Shown in pieces: positions 24,670-37,500 of a stretch of DNA of 64,000 nucleotides. A program made the translations under genes and the position numbers. The first letter of the stretch is position 1. Every line of letters begins with the position of its first letter. Source of the stretch: Phaeosaccion multiseriatum (taxonomy: Eukaryota; Protista; Ochrophyta, other classes); the NCBI GenBank assembly GCA_965112735.1, contig OZ218950.1:4898001-4962000 (forward strand), in the 5' to 3' direction. The notes under the pieces are model-generated. The model made no database searches, was not told where the DNA came from, and worked only from the letters and a program-made list of their open reading frames with translations.

Positions 24670-26731
24670 TCAGGAGTAGAGCTGAAGCGGAGTGAGAGCG
24701 CTCTCTCCGAGAGTGTGCGCGACCCCAACAGCGACCGCCGTAGTACTACTACTGCTAGTCGTCGGGGTCTTGGCCGTAGTAGTAGTGGTAGTAGTAGGTG
24801 TAGGAGGTGTCAGGGGAAGGAGCAGACCGCCGCTCCCCTGCCGCTGGTACGCAACCACAAGCCTCGCGAGCACCTGCACCTGTCGAGTGAGGTTGACAAT
24901 CTGGCCGGCCCCCTGTCTCCGCTGCGAGGCCCAAAGCGCACTCAAACGCTGTCGCTCTCGCTGGCAATCCTCCAGCAGGGAGGCTTGCTCTACCAGCTTC
25001 CCCAGCCACTGCGAAGCGTGCTCTGACTGCAGCACCCCCTCGCTCAGCCCTTCCAGCGGGTCCTGTGAGAGGGCCTCCGCCAGTCGAGACACGAGCGTTT
25101 CGTCCGGACCGAAAGACGCGACCTCAGCGTCTTCATCGCGGGCGCCGACTTGCACTCGAAGCACCGGAGCAGCAGCCTTGCGAGCGCGCTCCTGCTCTTG
25201 CTCCTCCTCCTCCTCCTCCTCCTCCTCCTCCTCCTCCTCCTCCTCCTCCTCTCCCCCCTCTCCCGCCCGGCCATTGCCACCCTCGTAATGGCGCATGAGA
25301 AGCCGCAGACTGGCACCAAAGGACAGCTCAGACTCATCGTCCGAGCCACGCTGGGTCCTCTTCTTAGTCTTCTCAGCCTCGTCTGGCGCTCCTCCCTCTT
25401 CCTGCTGCTCCTCCTCCTCCTGTTGCTCCAGCTTCTCCGCCTTCACGTCCCTCTCCTGCTCGTACTGTCGCATGAGGAGCACCAGCGAATCGATGGCTTT
25501 CTCGTACTCTCCTTCCCCTTTTCTTCTCCCTCGGGCAGACCGGCCCCACTCATCCTCGCCGTGAACCTCGTCGCTGGGCCTCCTCCTCCTCTGCGGCCCC
25601 TCATGATGCTGCTGCTGCTGCGGCCGGAGTGCGCTGCCGCTGCTGACCTCCTGGGGGTAGACGTGCTCGGCTTCCTCGTCTAGTTCGCCGCAGTCGCACG
25701 TGTGAAAGCTTGCCACTGAGTAGGCATCCCCTGCTCCACAAAGACTGCCGCTTCCTCCTCCTCTCGCAGCATCTTTGTCGCCGGGGCCATTGCCTCCACT
25801 CTCTCCTCCAGCCTGGCCCCGCCGAGAGAAGAAGGGATATGCCGAGACCGAGACCGAGACGGGGAGCTTGTCGTCCACCTGGGTACCCTGTTCTGCCGTA
25901 CGTACTGTTGGTGCTGCTTTGCAAGGGGTGGGAGGTCGCCTTACATGCATGCTTGTGGACAGGTTCTGGAGCTCTCTGCGAAGGGCGTGCACTTCTCTGT
26001 TGAACTAGTTGTGGGAAGGAAGGTTGGGTGGGGGTGGTGAAAGGCGGGGAAGGGCAAGGGAGCGTAGTTTAGTTATCCATCTGCAAGCTGGACTCTGCTT
26101 GAAAGAGCTCTGCAAAGGCTGGGAAGAGGAGGGCTTGGACACCAAATACGCAGGCCACACTTACGTCGTTCTTTTCGAGGCGCACTTGCCGCTTCAACTC
26201 CTTCTGCACCGCCATGTTCTTCTCCCGAACAGCTCGAGCCCTCTGCGCTGCCTGGTCTACCTGATCCTGCAGGTCGGATACCCTCAGCATCAGCATGCCA
26301 TTCCGCACTCGCAGCTCGGCGTTCTCACCCTCAATCACCTGACCATACACTCTCATGTCTGCCACAGAGCCACTGGAGAGAACATCGGGAGAGAGGGCCG
26401 AGGGCGGAGCCGGGGAAAGGCACCCAGAAGACGGAGAGTTTGCAGTAATGTCACCATCATTGACGACTACCGGCCTCTGCGGTGTGGTGAGCAAGACCGC
26501 CGAAAGGCTGCTGCTCGTCCCGCTGCTACTGGTCCTCCAGGTGTAGCTGGGCGTAGCACGGCTGTGATCATTCCCAGCGCTGTCTCTAGAGTTGCTGCGA
26601 TCCTTCAAGGGTGTCCGCTCCATGGCCGTGTTCTCTGGAAGCTGGTCCTTCTGGTCCTGCTCCACCACCACGTCCTCTCCCCCCTTTTCTCTCGTGAGGC
26701 GACAGCCTGGCAGGAACTTCGGCGACTCCAT
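24670..26731 (-). CDS. Hypothetical coiled-coil protein; exons 26731-26165, 26004-24670
   Basis: Two ORFs are joined in frame by a GT-AG intron. There are heptad-rich segments (ENAELRVRNGMLMLRVSDLQDQV; LLEDCQRERQRL). Confidence 0.6.
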
Positions 26732-27083
26732 GCTGCACAGCTATGCGCGCCCTCTCTCGTTCTTCTCTGTGCTCATGCCTCTCTCTCCTACCTTGCGTCT
26801 TGGTCCTGTTGGAAAAAATCTACAACGGAAAGAGGGATGTAGATGGGTTCAGCACGCGGGAAAATGTGAAATATTTGAGTTTCAGCTCCTGCGCTCCGAC
26901 CCCGGGGGGCGATTGACCTTCAAAAACTCTCTCTCGAAAAAGATCCATTCCATTTGAGAAAAGAGCGAGAGAGAGGGACAGAGAAGCAGGGGCGGGGAGG
27001 CCTTGAAAGCTTAGAGCTGCTTCACGAGTAGTCCCTGCTTTCTCCTGCATCGGCTCATCCTTTTGCAGGGCACTAATTCACTC

Positions 27084-28702
27084 ATGAAGCAAGCTTCAAC
27101 GGCAGTGTTCTTGTTTGGTTTGGTCGCAGCAGGCCCTGCAGCAGCGAGGGCCAAGCTGCCGTCGCTTCTTTCAGGAAGGGGAGGCGTGCACTTGGCGACG
27201 CGGGGAGGAGCGCAGACCCTGGGCAGCACAAGTACCAGCACCGCCATCGGTTCTGTGCTTGATGAGCAGAAGGAGGAAGTTGATGGTGAAGCGGCAGATG
27301 CAATAGCAGCAGTTGTAGCAGCAGGAGCATCCGCAGTCGCACCAGTCGCAGATGTGGATATGGGGGACTTGCTTGCGCAGGAAGAAGGAGACACCGCTCA
27401 GGCAGAAGCGGCGAAGAGGGGAGAGTTGGCGCCTGTGGAGTCCGTGTGTTTGGAGTGGGAGAAGGTGTCCTGCTCTGTAGGCTCCAAGAAGGTGCTGTCC
27501 AACGTCTCCGGCAAGGCAGAGCCTGGGCGGCTACTGGCTATTATCGGCCCATCAGGTGACTAGACCTACTTGGACGAGACACCTCTGCCAATTTGACATC
27601 CATCTTCTCGTCCTTCTCATTCCCTTTCCTCCCCTTCAACGACACTGCTTTTTCTTTTTCGTAGGGAGCGGCAAGACCACACTGCTCAACTCTCTATGTG
27701 GGCAAGTGCCGAAGACCGCAAACATGGTCCTCAGCGGAAACCTCTCGGTCAACGGTGAAAAGAGAAAGGACGGGCAGAAGCAGGTAAGTAATGGTAGTAT
27801 ACCTCCTCAGACACGTCTCCTCACTCACTCTCACTCCGCCCATCCCCCCATCTCCCCCCCTCCTCCTCACCCCGCAGGCCTATGTGCAACAGTCCGATGT
27901 GTTCTACTCGCAAATGACCGTGCGAGAGACCCTGGAGATGGCCGCCCGCCTCCGCCTCCCTCGACACATGTCTCTCGCTGACAAGAAGGCCTACGTCAAT
28001 GCGCTCCTGGCCACGCTGGGCCTGGGCAAGTGCGCGGACACCATCGTGGGGGACGAAAAGGTGCGCGGAGTCTCCGGCGGAGAGCGCAAGAGGCTGAGTC
28101 TGGCGTGTCAGCTATTCGGCAGCCCCTCCATGATCTTCGCGGACGAGCCGACCTCAGGTTTGTGAATACTGTGTGTGTGTTTGTGTGTGTCGTGTGCCGT
28201 AACCGTCATGTAGTGCGGGGTGGGGGGGGGACGAGAGGGGGAGGGAAGTATGGGCAATGGGAGAGCAGGCTGGATGGATGGCAGTGGATGGGAGGGCACC
28301 GTACCCGTCACTCATCGTACCCCACTCTGCCCTGCCCTGTGTTGTCATTCATTGTACTATTGTGTGTGCCCCCCTCTTGGATAGGACTCGACAGCTTCCA
28401 AGCGGAGAGGGTCGTGGCCACGCTCAAGGATCTGGCGGAGAAGGGAGGGCACACCATAGTCATCTCTATTCACCAGCCCAAGGGAAGCATCTACTCCATG
28501 TTCGACGACTTACTCGTGCTCAGTGTGAGTGGGAGTGGGATGGGTGGGAGAGGTGTGCATGAGTTCTTGAGTGCGTGAATTGTGTGTGTGTGGGGGGGGG
28601 GGGGGGGGGATGGATACATACAGAGTATTTCCAAGCTCTCACTCTCACCGGATGACTTGGCCTGAATCCGTTGCGTTGGACCCTAAAAACAACACCACCG
28701 CC

Positions 28703-28734
<32 letters not shown>

Positions 28735-31700
28735 CAGGAGGGCAAAGTCCTGTACGTAGGAGAGGCAGACAAAGCCGGTGAGTACTTTACTACCGCCGCC
28801 AGCAAGATCAGCAAGGAGGCCGACAAGCTCGCCAAGGAGACCAGCAAGGCTGGCTCCATCAAGGAGTGGGTAAGTTTCTTGTTTGTTTTGTTCATGTTTT
28901 TCAGAGTGGATCTGGTGGGGCTCGATGGCAGTGGATGGTTGTCGTTAGAGGCCCGGCTCATGTTGTTGAGAACCTCGCGAGTGCACGCTTGGATACAAGC
29001 ACATCATGCACCACCCCCCCCCCCCCCTGTGTGTTATCTCACTCGCTTCTCCCTCCCTTCTTCATCTCTTCCTCCCTCCCTCCCTCTCTCCATCTCTCTC
29101 TCTCGTCCAAGACGGACTCACTATACACAATGTGACTGACCATATTCCCTCACATGCTGCGCGTTCCCCGCGCGTTCCCGTGCCGCGCACCCACCCACCC
29201 CTTAGGCTGGGGAGTACCTCTCTTCTGCGGCCACCAAGGTCGGGCTCAAGGGACCACCCCCCGTGCCCAAGGATCACAACACGGCCGAGTACATCATCGA
29301 TCTGGTGAGATAAGTAAGAGCAAGTTAGCATGTATGTAAGACTAAGTAAGGCTGTTGAAAAGGCTTGGGGGGAGGGGGCTTACTCGCGTGTCCATCTCCG
29401 AAGCTCCTCATGTTCCTAAGCTTATCGTGGGTGTGTCTTGCGTGGGCTCAAGTCAAATGGGCGTCCGTCCATGCCTGCTCCACCCTCTCCCTCTCCATCT
29501 CTCCCTCTCCCTCTCTCTCTCCACCTCTATCATTCTCTCATGCTTGTTCTTCTCTTTGCTGTGATGTGATGTGATGCCATGAAGGTTTCCACCGACACGA
29601 GCAGCCCGGAGGCCGAGGAGGTCTCCAAGGAGCGAGTTGCCAAGCTCCAGGACGCGTGGACGGCAGTGGAGGAACAAGCAGCAGCCGATTTAAAGGCCGC
29701 CGAGGAAGCTGCAGCAGCTGCAGAAGCCGCAACCGTAGAGGCCGCTGCCAGAGCTGCTGCTGCTGTTGCGGCCGCCAAGGAGGCAGGGGAGGTGGTGGAG
29801 GTAGAGGAGGCGGAAGCGGTGGCTAAGGAAGAGGAGTCGATTGTTGAGGTGATGAGCAGGGCAATGCGCAGACACAGGAAGAGGGCCGCACGACGCCACC
29901 GCATCAGAATGAGGAAGAGAGCTCGCACGGGGGGGCTGGGGGTGCAGTTCCGACTCTTGCTCACCCGGTCCTGGAGGCAGGTGCGTGTAACTGTAGGGTG
30001 CAACGGCAGAGTGCAACGGCAGAGTGTAACGGCAGCAGCAGCTTTACTCTCCTTACCTTTCTCTGATAGTATGAGCCCAGTTCATGGACATGGAGAGATG
30101 GGGAGGGGTTCTGAGTTGTGACTTGTGTGAGGAGAGGAAGGAGGGAGTGACTGACTGAGTGGGTGCGCGACTGGGTGAGCGAGTGGGGAGTGAGGAAGGA
30201 CGGAGGAAGTGCGTACGTACCCTCAAAGACGGACCCCATTGTTCTCAACCCACCCCAAACGACAACTGACTGATTCCGCTTGCCCGGCCCGACTCGGACG
30301 GTTACAACGGTTGCAACGGTTACAACGTCTGCAGGTTACTCGTGCCAAGTCTGCGAACATCGCTCGGCTCATTACCAACGTGGGGTCCGCTGTGGTCTTC
30401 GGCTGCATTTACTGGCGCATGGGCACCGGGCAGAGCAGCATCAACGACAGGATCGGCCTCATGCAGGTATATAGGCACAGAGGGAGGGATGGGAGGGAGG
30501 GAGGGAGGGAGGACAGGTATCGTGCGGGAGAAGCAAGCAAGGGGAGGGAGGGTGAGGGTGTTGTCCTTGCCTTTGTAAGAAGCTGTTGTAATTGTAGCTG
30601 GACCTGCAACTGTAACGGTCGTTAAGTGTTCACAGAGCTTTGCTTGCTTTGGGGGTGAGGTCGGAAATTGACCATCCTCCTTCATTCCTTCCACCAACTG
30701 CTTGACACCAACTGCTGTAGGTGTCCGCCATCAACACGGCCATGTCCGTTGTGGTCAAGACGCTCAACACTTTCCCTGTGGAGCGCAGCATCGTGCAGAG
30801 GGAGAGGGCCGCAGGGGCGTACAAAGTCGGGTAAGGGTTGGTGGAAGACGAGCAGTGGAAGGGCAGTCAGTCAGTCAGTCAGTCAGTCAGTCACTTGCTG
30901 GGCAGACGGGCAGTCAGTCATTGAATCAAAGGGGGGGTGCTTGCTGCTCTGACATATACCTAACACGGCCCCTTCCGTCTGTCCGTCTGTCCGTCTGTCC
31001 GTCTGCCCGTCTGCCCGTCCTTCCTCCCTTCTCCCCTCCCCGTCCTCACTCACTGGAACGGCTCACCACCCCCGACCCCCCCCCCCCTCCCCTCCTTGAC
31101 AGGCCCTACCTGGTGTCTAAGCTCATAGCAGAGCTGCCCACCTCGGCAATCTTCCCTAACCTCTTCGGCCTTGTGCTCTACAAGATGGTCGGGCTCAACC
31201 CCGAGTACGTTACATTATCGTTACATACGTCACATTTGTAGATGGGATGGGGTTAGATGCAAGTGGGGGAGGGGAGGGGGGGGGTGGGGGAGAGGGAGGG
31301 AGGGAGGGAGAGAGGGAGGGCAGAGAGATTGGGAAGTGGGGGAGGGGGAAGAGGGGAAGGGGGGGTGGAGGGTCGACCCAATGGAGGAGGGGGGGGGGGG
31401 GTCAATCCACACCCAATCAATCACACTCTCCTCTCTGAGTCAATCTCTACGACTGCTCAAAACTTTGTCATCCCCTTACTCTCTACGACTGCTCAAAACT
31501 TTGTCATCCCCTTACTCACGTCCACGTGTACTCTCCATTCCCTCGTGCTGCGTGCGCTGCTGGGCTCTGCTCTGCTCTCTCTCCCCCTCCCACTCTGCCC
31601 CCGCCCCCCCCATCTCTCTCTCTCTCTCCGTCACCCCCCCCTGTAGCAAGAACCGCTACATGAACTTCTGCTCTCTGGTGACGCTCACCGCCTTCACTTC

Positions 31701-33566
31701 CTCTGCGCTGGGAATGCTCGTGGGGGCCTTCACGCCCAATGAGGATGCGGCCCTGGCGGTAAGGAGAGGGAGAGGGAGATGGGAAGAAGGGAGGGAGAGG
31801 GGCGGGAGAGAGAGAGAGGAGGAGGGGGGAGGGAGAAAGACGGACACAGTGAGAGAGAGGAGGGGGGGTGGTGGGGGGGAGAGAAAGGGAGAGAGGGAGG
31901 TAGAGAGAGAGGAGGATGAGGTTGAAGAGGGAGAGAATGAGAGAAGGGAAGAGAGGGAGGGAGACCCCTCTCACCAATGCCTCGCCTCCCATATGTCTGC
32001 TCTCTGTCCGTGTGTGTGTGCGCGCGTGCCCCGCCCCCCGTTTGTGCCGGACCGCTTGCCTTGCGGTACGGTTACGTTACGGTTACGTTACGGTTACCTG
32101 ACCGTTACAGGTGGGCCCTGCCCTCATGACCGTGGCCATCATCTTCTCCGGTACGTCAAGTCCCCCTGTCCCTCCGCCTTGAGCGCTAGAGTGGCAGGGT
32201 GTGTGTTGGTTGGTGCTAAGCGTCCGTTTGTCCCCTTGTCGTTGTGGCCAGTGCTAGGGTGGCGGAGTGGGTGTCGGTGCTAAGTGAGTGTCGCTGTGTC
32301 CCCTTGTCGTTGTGCCATGCTGGTGCGTCGAGTGTGCTGTGTTCCCCTTTGACCAACCCTCCCCTCCCCTTCCTTCCCTTTCCCTCCTTTCTCCTCTCCC
32401 CTCCCTCTCCCTCCCCCCTACCCGCTCCTCCCCCCAAACAGGCTTTTACATCAACCCCGAGAACATTCCAGCGGCGTTCCGCTGGCTCAAGCAGAGCAGC
32501 GTCATCAAGTGGTCCTTCGAGGCGCTTGCGGTCAATGAGCTCCGAGGGCTCCAATTCAGCACGGACGACAAGCAGACGAGGTCAGGAAGGAGGGAGGGGA
32601 GGGAGGGAGGGAGGGAGGGGGGAAGAGGGGGAGTGGGGAAGAGGGGGCGTCGACGCGTTTGTAAGTCAGAGACTCGGGGGGGGGGGGGGGGCAGATGAGT
32701 ATGGGAGGGAGAAGGCATTTGCTGGGGAAGGAGAGAGAAGAGAGAGAGGTGGCCTTTGGTTGCGTGCCAGCTGTGAAGCTCTTCTTTTGCTTGCTATTGA
32801 TTTGTCTCACAACACCTGCTTCCTTGCTTTGGCCAATCCATGTCTTTTGTGCTTTTGTGGTGTGCCTTTCAGAGGCCCTCCCATCGACAATGGCGACCAA
32901 ATGCTCGAGCGCATTGGCTTTGGGGACAGCACCGTCGAAGGAGCCACGAAAGGGTAAGTGAGCGAGTGAGGGAGGGAGGGAGTGGGAGTGAGTGAGGGAG
33001 TGAGTGAGGGAGCGAGTGAGCCGGGGGGGTGGGTAAGCGAGCGAGTGAGTGAGGGAGTGAGTGAGGGAGCGAGTGAGCGGGGGGGTGAGTAAGCGAGCGA
33101 GTGAGTGAGTGAGTGAGGGAGTGAGGGAGGGAGTGAGTGGGTGAGTGAGTGAGGGAGTGAGTGAGGGAGCGAGTGGGCGGGGGGGTGAGTAAGCGAGTGA
33201 GTGAGTGAGTGAGTGAGTGAGTGAGCCCTTCGCTGTTTTTTTTGCCTTCCTCCCTTCCCCCTTCTTCTCACCCTGGATCCTTACCCCCGGCCGTCTCTGC
33301 TGGCACTGCCTGGATGCATTTCTGCATGGCCAATCAGCTTGGCCGCCATCCTGGGCAGCTGCTACGCGCTGACGTACATGTTCCTTTTGGCCGACGTGCC
33401 GAGGTTTCAGAAGATGCAGGAACTGGAGCCTACGCCTGCCCTTGGCCAAGAGGAGGGGGAGGGGGTGGTGGCCGAGGTGGGGGAGGGTAACACGGTGCTG
33501 CAGATTGAGAGCGACTTGAGTGGCTTTTCAGACTCAGTCGTAGAGACAGCCGTAGAGGAACCGTAG
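27084..33566 (+). CDS. ABC transporter G-family half transporter (NBD-TMD, White/ABCG type), multi-exon
   Basis: Walker A GPSG/SGKTT is split by intron 27556-27664. Also present: AYVQQSD, signature VSGGERKRLS, Walker B IFADEPTSGLD, SIHQP, and ABC2 membrane segments (SINDRIG, FPVERSIVQRE, YLVSKLIAELP, GFYINPENIP..WL..SSVIKWSFEAL..NE). N-terminal signal-like peptide. Confidence 0.93.
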
Positions 33567-33578
33567 GCGCGTCCGTCC

Positions 33579-33625
<47 letters not shown>

Positions 33626-34594
33626 TGGTGATACAGCAGCAGGGAGAGTGGTGTGGTAGAGGCAGTGGAGTGAGAGGCGAGGAGTGGTCAAGTCTCTCTC
33701 CGGCAGTGAGAGGCTGGTGTGGTTGGTATGGTCATTGGTTGGGTCTCTCCGGCGACGTCCAACGCCAGCCTATATTTTGTGCTACAGCAGCAGAGCAGAG
33801 GGGGCCTGCAGAGGCGGACGGCAGAGGCGAAAGGCCCCACTAGCGTCGCGTCTGTGTCCCTCCCCTCCCTGGTGGTGTAGGGATCATTTGTGTTGCTGCG
33901 CCACAGCAGTCTCGATGTCGATAAAAGTATCGAGGCGAGGCGGGGCGAAGGCCCGGAACAGAGGAGATGCTCTAGCCAGAGGAGGGCCTTTTTACAACAC
34001 AGCAGAGGAGGTTATTTAGTCAAGAGTTTTACTAAAGGATAAGGGGATTTTTTGAAAATTAGAGATAGCGCATTTTACGGAGTACAAAGTACAAACATAT
34101 TTATTAGTTGTATTAATTATTTAATTAATTAATAACAAGTTACAAATCGAAAAAAGTTGTGAGCAACCGAGAGGCCAAACCTGTGCAAGTTGGTGATCCA
34201 ATGGGTTCACAGATAGATTCTCTACCCAGCGCCTCCGGTCGCTTTGAGCGCAGACGCTTTCCTCAAGTGGATGCTCTTGTTCTCCGCTGATTGAAGGATT
34301 GGGTTGCCGAAAATTTACCTCTTCCTTCTGCTGTTTATTTAATTCACCAGGCGGAGCAGTAGTAGCTATAAAAGCTACCCAAACGCCAAAGGGACGGCAC
34401 GAGGAGGGGTGGGGGGAAAGGAGGAGGGGGGGAGAAAGAAGAGATTATATTTCAAGGAGAGACCGCGGGCCGAGCTTCCCCTACGACTGCTTCGTACTGC
34501 TTCACAGGCACAGGAGCGCCCGACAAGCCGTACGCAGCGTCTCTCTCCCCCTCGCCAAGGGAACGAGACCCTTCGATGAACTAAGGGTCGGACT

Positions 34595-37500
34595 ATGGAG
34601 GGGACGACGAGGTACCAGCCGCGGCCGTATCAGCTGGAGGCCTTCCGGACGGCATGCCGACAGAACACTGTCATGGTGGGAGACACCGGAGTGGGCAAGG
34701 TGAGGGAGGTCGAATGGAGCAGGACTTACCACATATCAGCACTGATGGAAGCTCGACCGTTGTGCCGTACGTTGGTCTTCTTTTTGTTATGGCGACACTC
34801 GTCCCACATTCATGGCCGTGCTTTGCTTGTCGCAGCGCTCACTCACTCACTCCTCCGCCTGTTTCCTCCCCTCCCCTCCCCTCCCTTCCCTTACCCACTG
34901 CTGCTCACCTCTCAATGCAACACACTCTCTTCTGTAGACTCTGGTGGCGCTCATGCTTCTCCAAAAGTTCTTTGAAGACCGCCCCGTCGGTAAGCGAAGT
35001 AGGCAGCGCACGCAGGCAGGGCAGCAGAGGGAGGGGGAGAGAGAGAGGCAAGCATGCAGGCAGGCAAGGCAGCTTGGGCACCCCTTCCTCTATCCGCCTC
35101 CGTCCACCCCTTGTCCTTCTGATCCCCCTTCTCCCCGCCCCTCCCATCCTTTCCCTCGGCTCTCGCCACCCCCCCAAATGCCCCAAACAACATCGAACCC
35201 TACTCCCCTTTCTACACGTGCCTCCGCCTCCCCCTCCACCCGAAATATCCCTCGGCTGTTTCTCTTCCCCTCTCCACCCACGAACCTCCTCCTCTCTCCA
35301 TCCCACATCCCAGACCCAGCCAAACCGCCCCCACCCGATGAGCGCAAGTGGTGTGTGCTCTTTGCTCCTACACAGGAGCTCGTGTTTCAGCAGGCTGCTA
35401 GGGCGCAGCTGTACACGCAGCAGCCCACTCGGGCCTACGTCGGGCAGGATCTGGACTACTGGAGTAGAAGCCAATGGAGAGAGACCTTCGAAGAGTTGAG
35501 TTGTGAGAGGAGGGGAGGGGAGGGGAGGGGAGGGGTGGTGGCTCTACCGTGGTGGAGTGAGACTTTTTTTTCCCGTAGTGACGTAGGGGCAGGCAGACGG
35601 ACTGGCAGGCAGACAAGCAGGCAGGGAGGCAAGCAGACTGGCAGACTGGCATGCAGGCAGGCAGGCAGTCCAGCTCAGTTCAGTAGTATTGGTCAGTTTT
35701 ATGGCCTCCAAATGGCTTTATTGGAGGGAGGGATGGGAGAGAGAGAGAGACAGACCAGAGATCGAGGAAATGAGAGAAAGAGGAAGGAGGAGGGAGGGAG
35801 GGAGGGAAGGAGGGAAGGAGGCAGGCAGACAGGCAGGCAGGGAGGCCTTGATCTTAACCCCCCCTCCCCCCTCCCCCTCCTCCTCCTCCTCCTCCTGTTC
35901 AGGAATACTATTATCGCCATGACCCCGGGCGCCTTCCTGAACCTTCTGCACCGCGGAAGGGAGTACATCGCTCTGGAGCAAATCGGCCTCATGATCTTTG
36001 ACGAGTGCCACCAGGCCAAGAAGAGGCACCCCTACGCCAGGATCATGGCCTTTTACGACAAGTGGAACCCCAAGTAAGTCAAGGGGAGGAAGAAGTCAGT
36101 GAATCGCAACTGAAGGAGGAGGGAGAAGGAGTACCATGTTCGTTTGTTCGTGGCTCTTGTCAATCTCTCAACATCTGGGTCAAATCAACCCGCGCCGTCC
36201 ACTGCCATCCGACAACACCCCCCCAACACAGGATGCCCCGTGTGTTCGGCATGACCGCTTCCCCAACCCTGGAGTGCATGGACGTACTGTGCTGCACGCC
36301 CTTCGTCTGTGAGACCACCAACACGTGTGCCTACGCCGCCGATGCGCACAGCTCCCTCCTGCTCTACGAGCCGTTTCAGCCATGCCCCAACACCTTGAGA
36401 GAGCTCGAGGTGGGTGCGTGGGTGCGTGGGTGCGTGGGTACGTGCGTGTGTGCGTGCGTGCGTACATGTTGCTCCGCTTTCCATCCGCTCTCTCTGCCTC
36501 TCTCTCACACACTCTCTTGGTGCGCATTTCCCATCCCCCCTCTTCTACTCACTCTCTTTTTTTCCTCTATTAATACTAAGCCCTACTGACCGGTTCCCTC
36601 CCTAACTCCCTCCCTCCCTCCCTCCCTCCCTCCATACCTCCCTCCTCCTCTCACTCACAGAGTCTCCTCCGCTCCCTGCATCGCCACAAGCTGTTCGACT
36701 TCCCCGAACAAGAAGCGCGGTTCATGACCTCCTTCGCCGGCCCCATCCTCTTCACCTACGCTCATCTCGGTCTGTGGTGCAGTGTGAGACACCTGGTGAT
36801 GCAGCTGGACAAGTTGCTGCGGACTCGCTTTGCCGTCTATAGGAATAATCCTGCCAAGTACGAGACCGACAAGGTGAGTGAGGACAGTGAGGAGGGCGGG
36901 GGGGGGGGGTAGGGAGGATGAGGAGGAGGAGGAGGAGTGCAATCACTGTTCAAGCCTCCGACGTGTCAACTGTTCTCGTGGTACCCTCCCTCTCTCCCTC
37001 GCTGCCCCCCTTTGTCTCACACTCTCCGTGTGTCGCACTCGCTCTCCCGCTCCCTTTCTCTCCTCTCCCTCTCTTCGCGCACGTGTGTGTGTGACGCCTT
37101 CCCTCCCTCCCTCCCTCCCTCCTTCCCTCCCTCCCTCCCTCCCTCCCTCCCTCCTTCCCTCCCTCCCTTTCTCTCCCTTTTCTCCCTCTCTCTCCCCGTC
37201 TCCCTCCCTCTCTGCCCCTCCTCCACCTCACCTCACCTCAGCTCGTGGTGGAGACTTTAGTGTGGGAGTTGAAGCAGTGCGCTGAACGCGAGCCTGAGCC
37301 GTACGCTCCCCCTGCATCAGCAGAGGCATCACAAGCAGGCAGGGCAGGAGGGGGGGGAAGAGGAGGGAAGGGGCGAGGGACTGCATCAGACGCAGAAGCC
37401 AGGGGAGGGGCAGAAGGAGGGGATGGGCGAGGGACCCCGTCAGAGGCAAGCAGTCATGGAGAAGAGCTGAAGGACGGCCAGTGTGCCGACGGGGAAACAC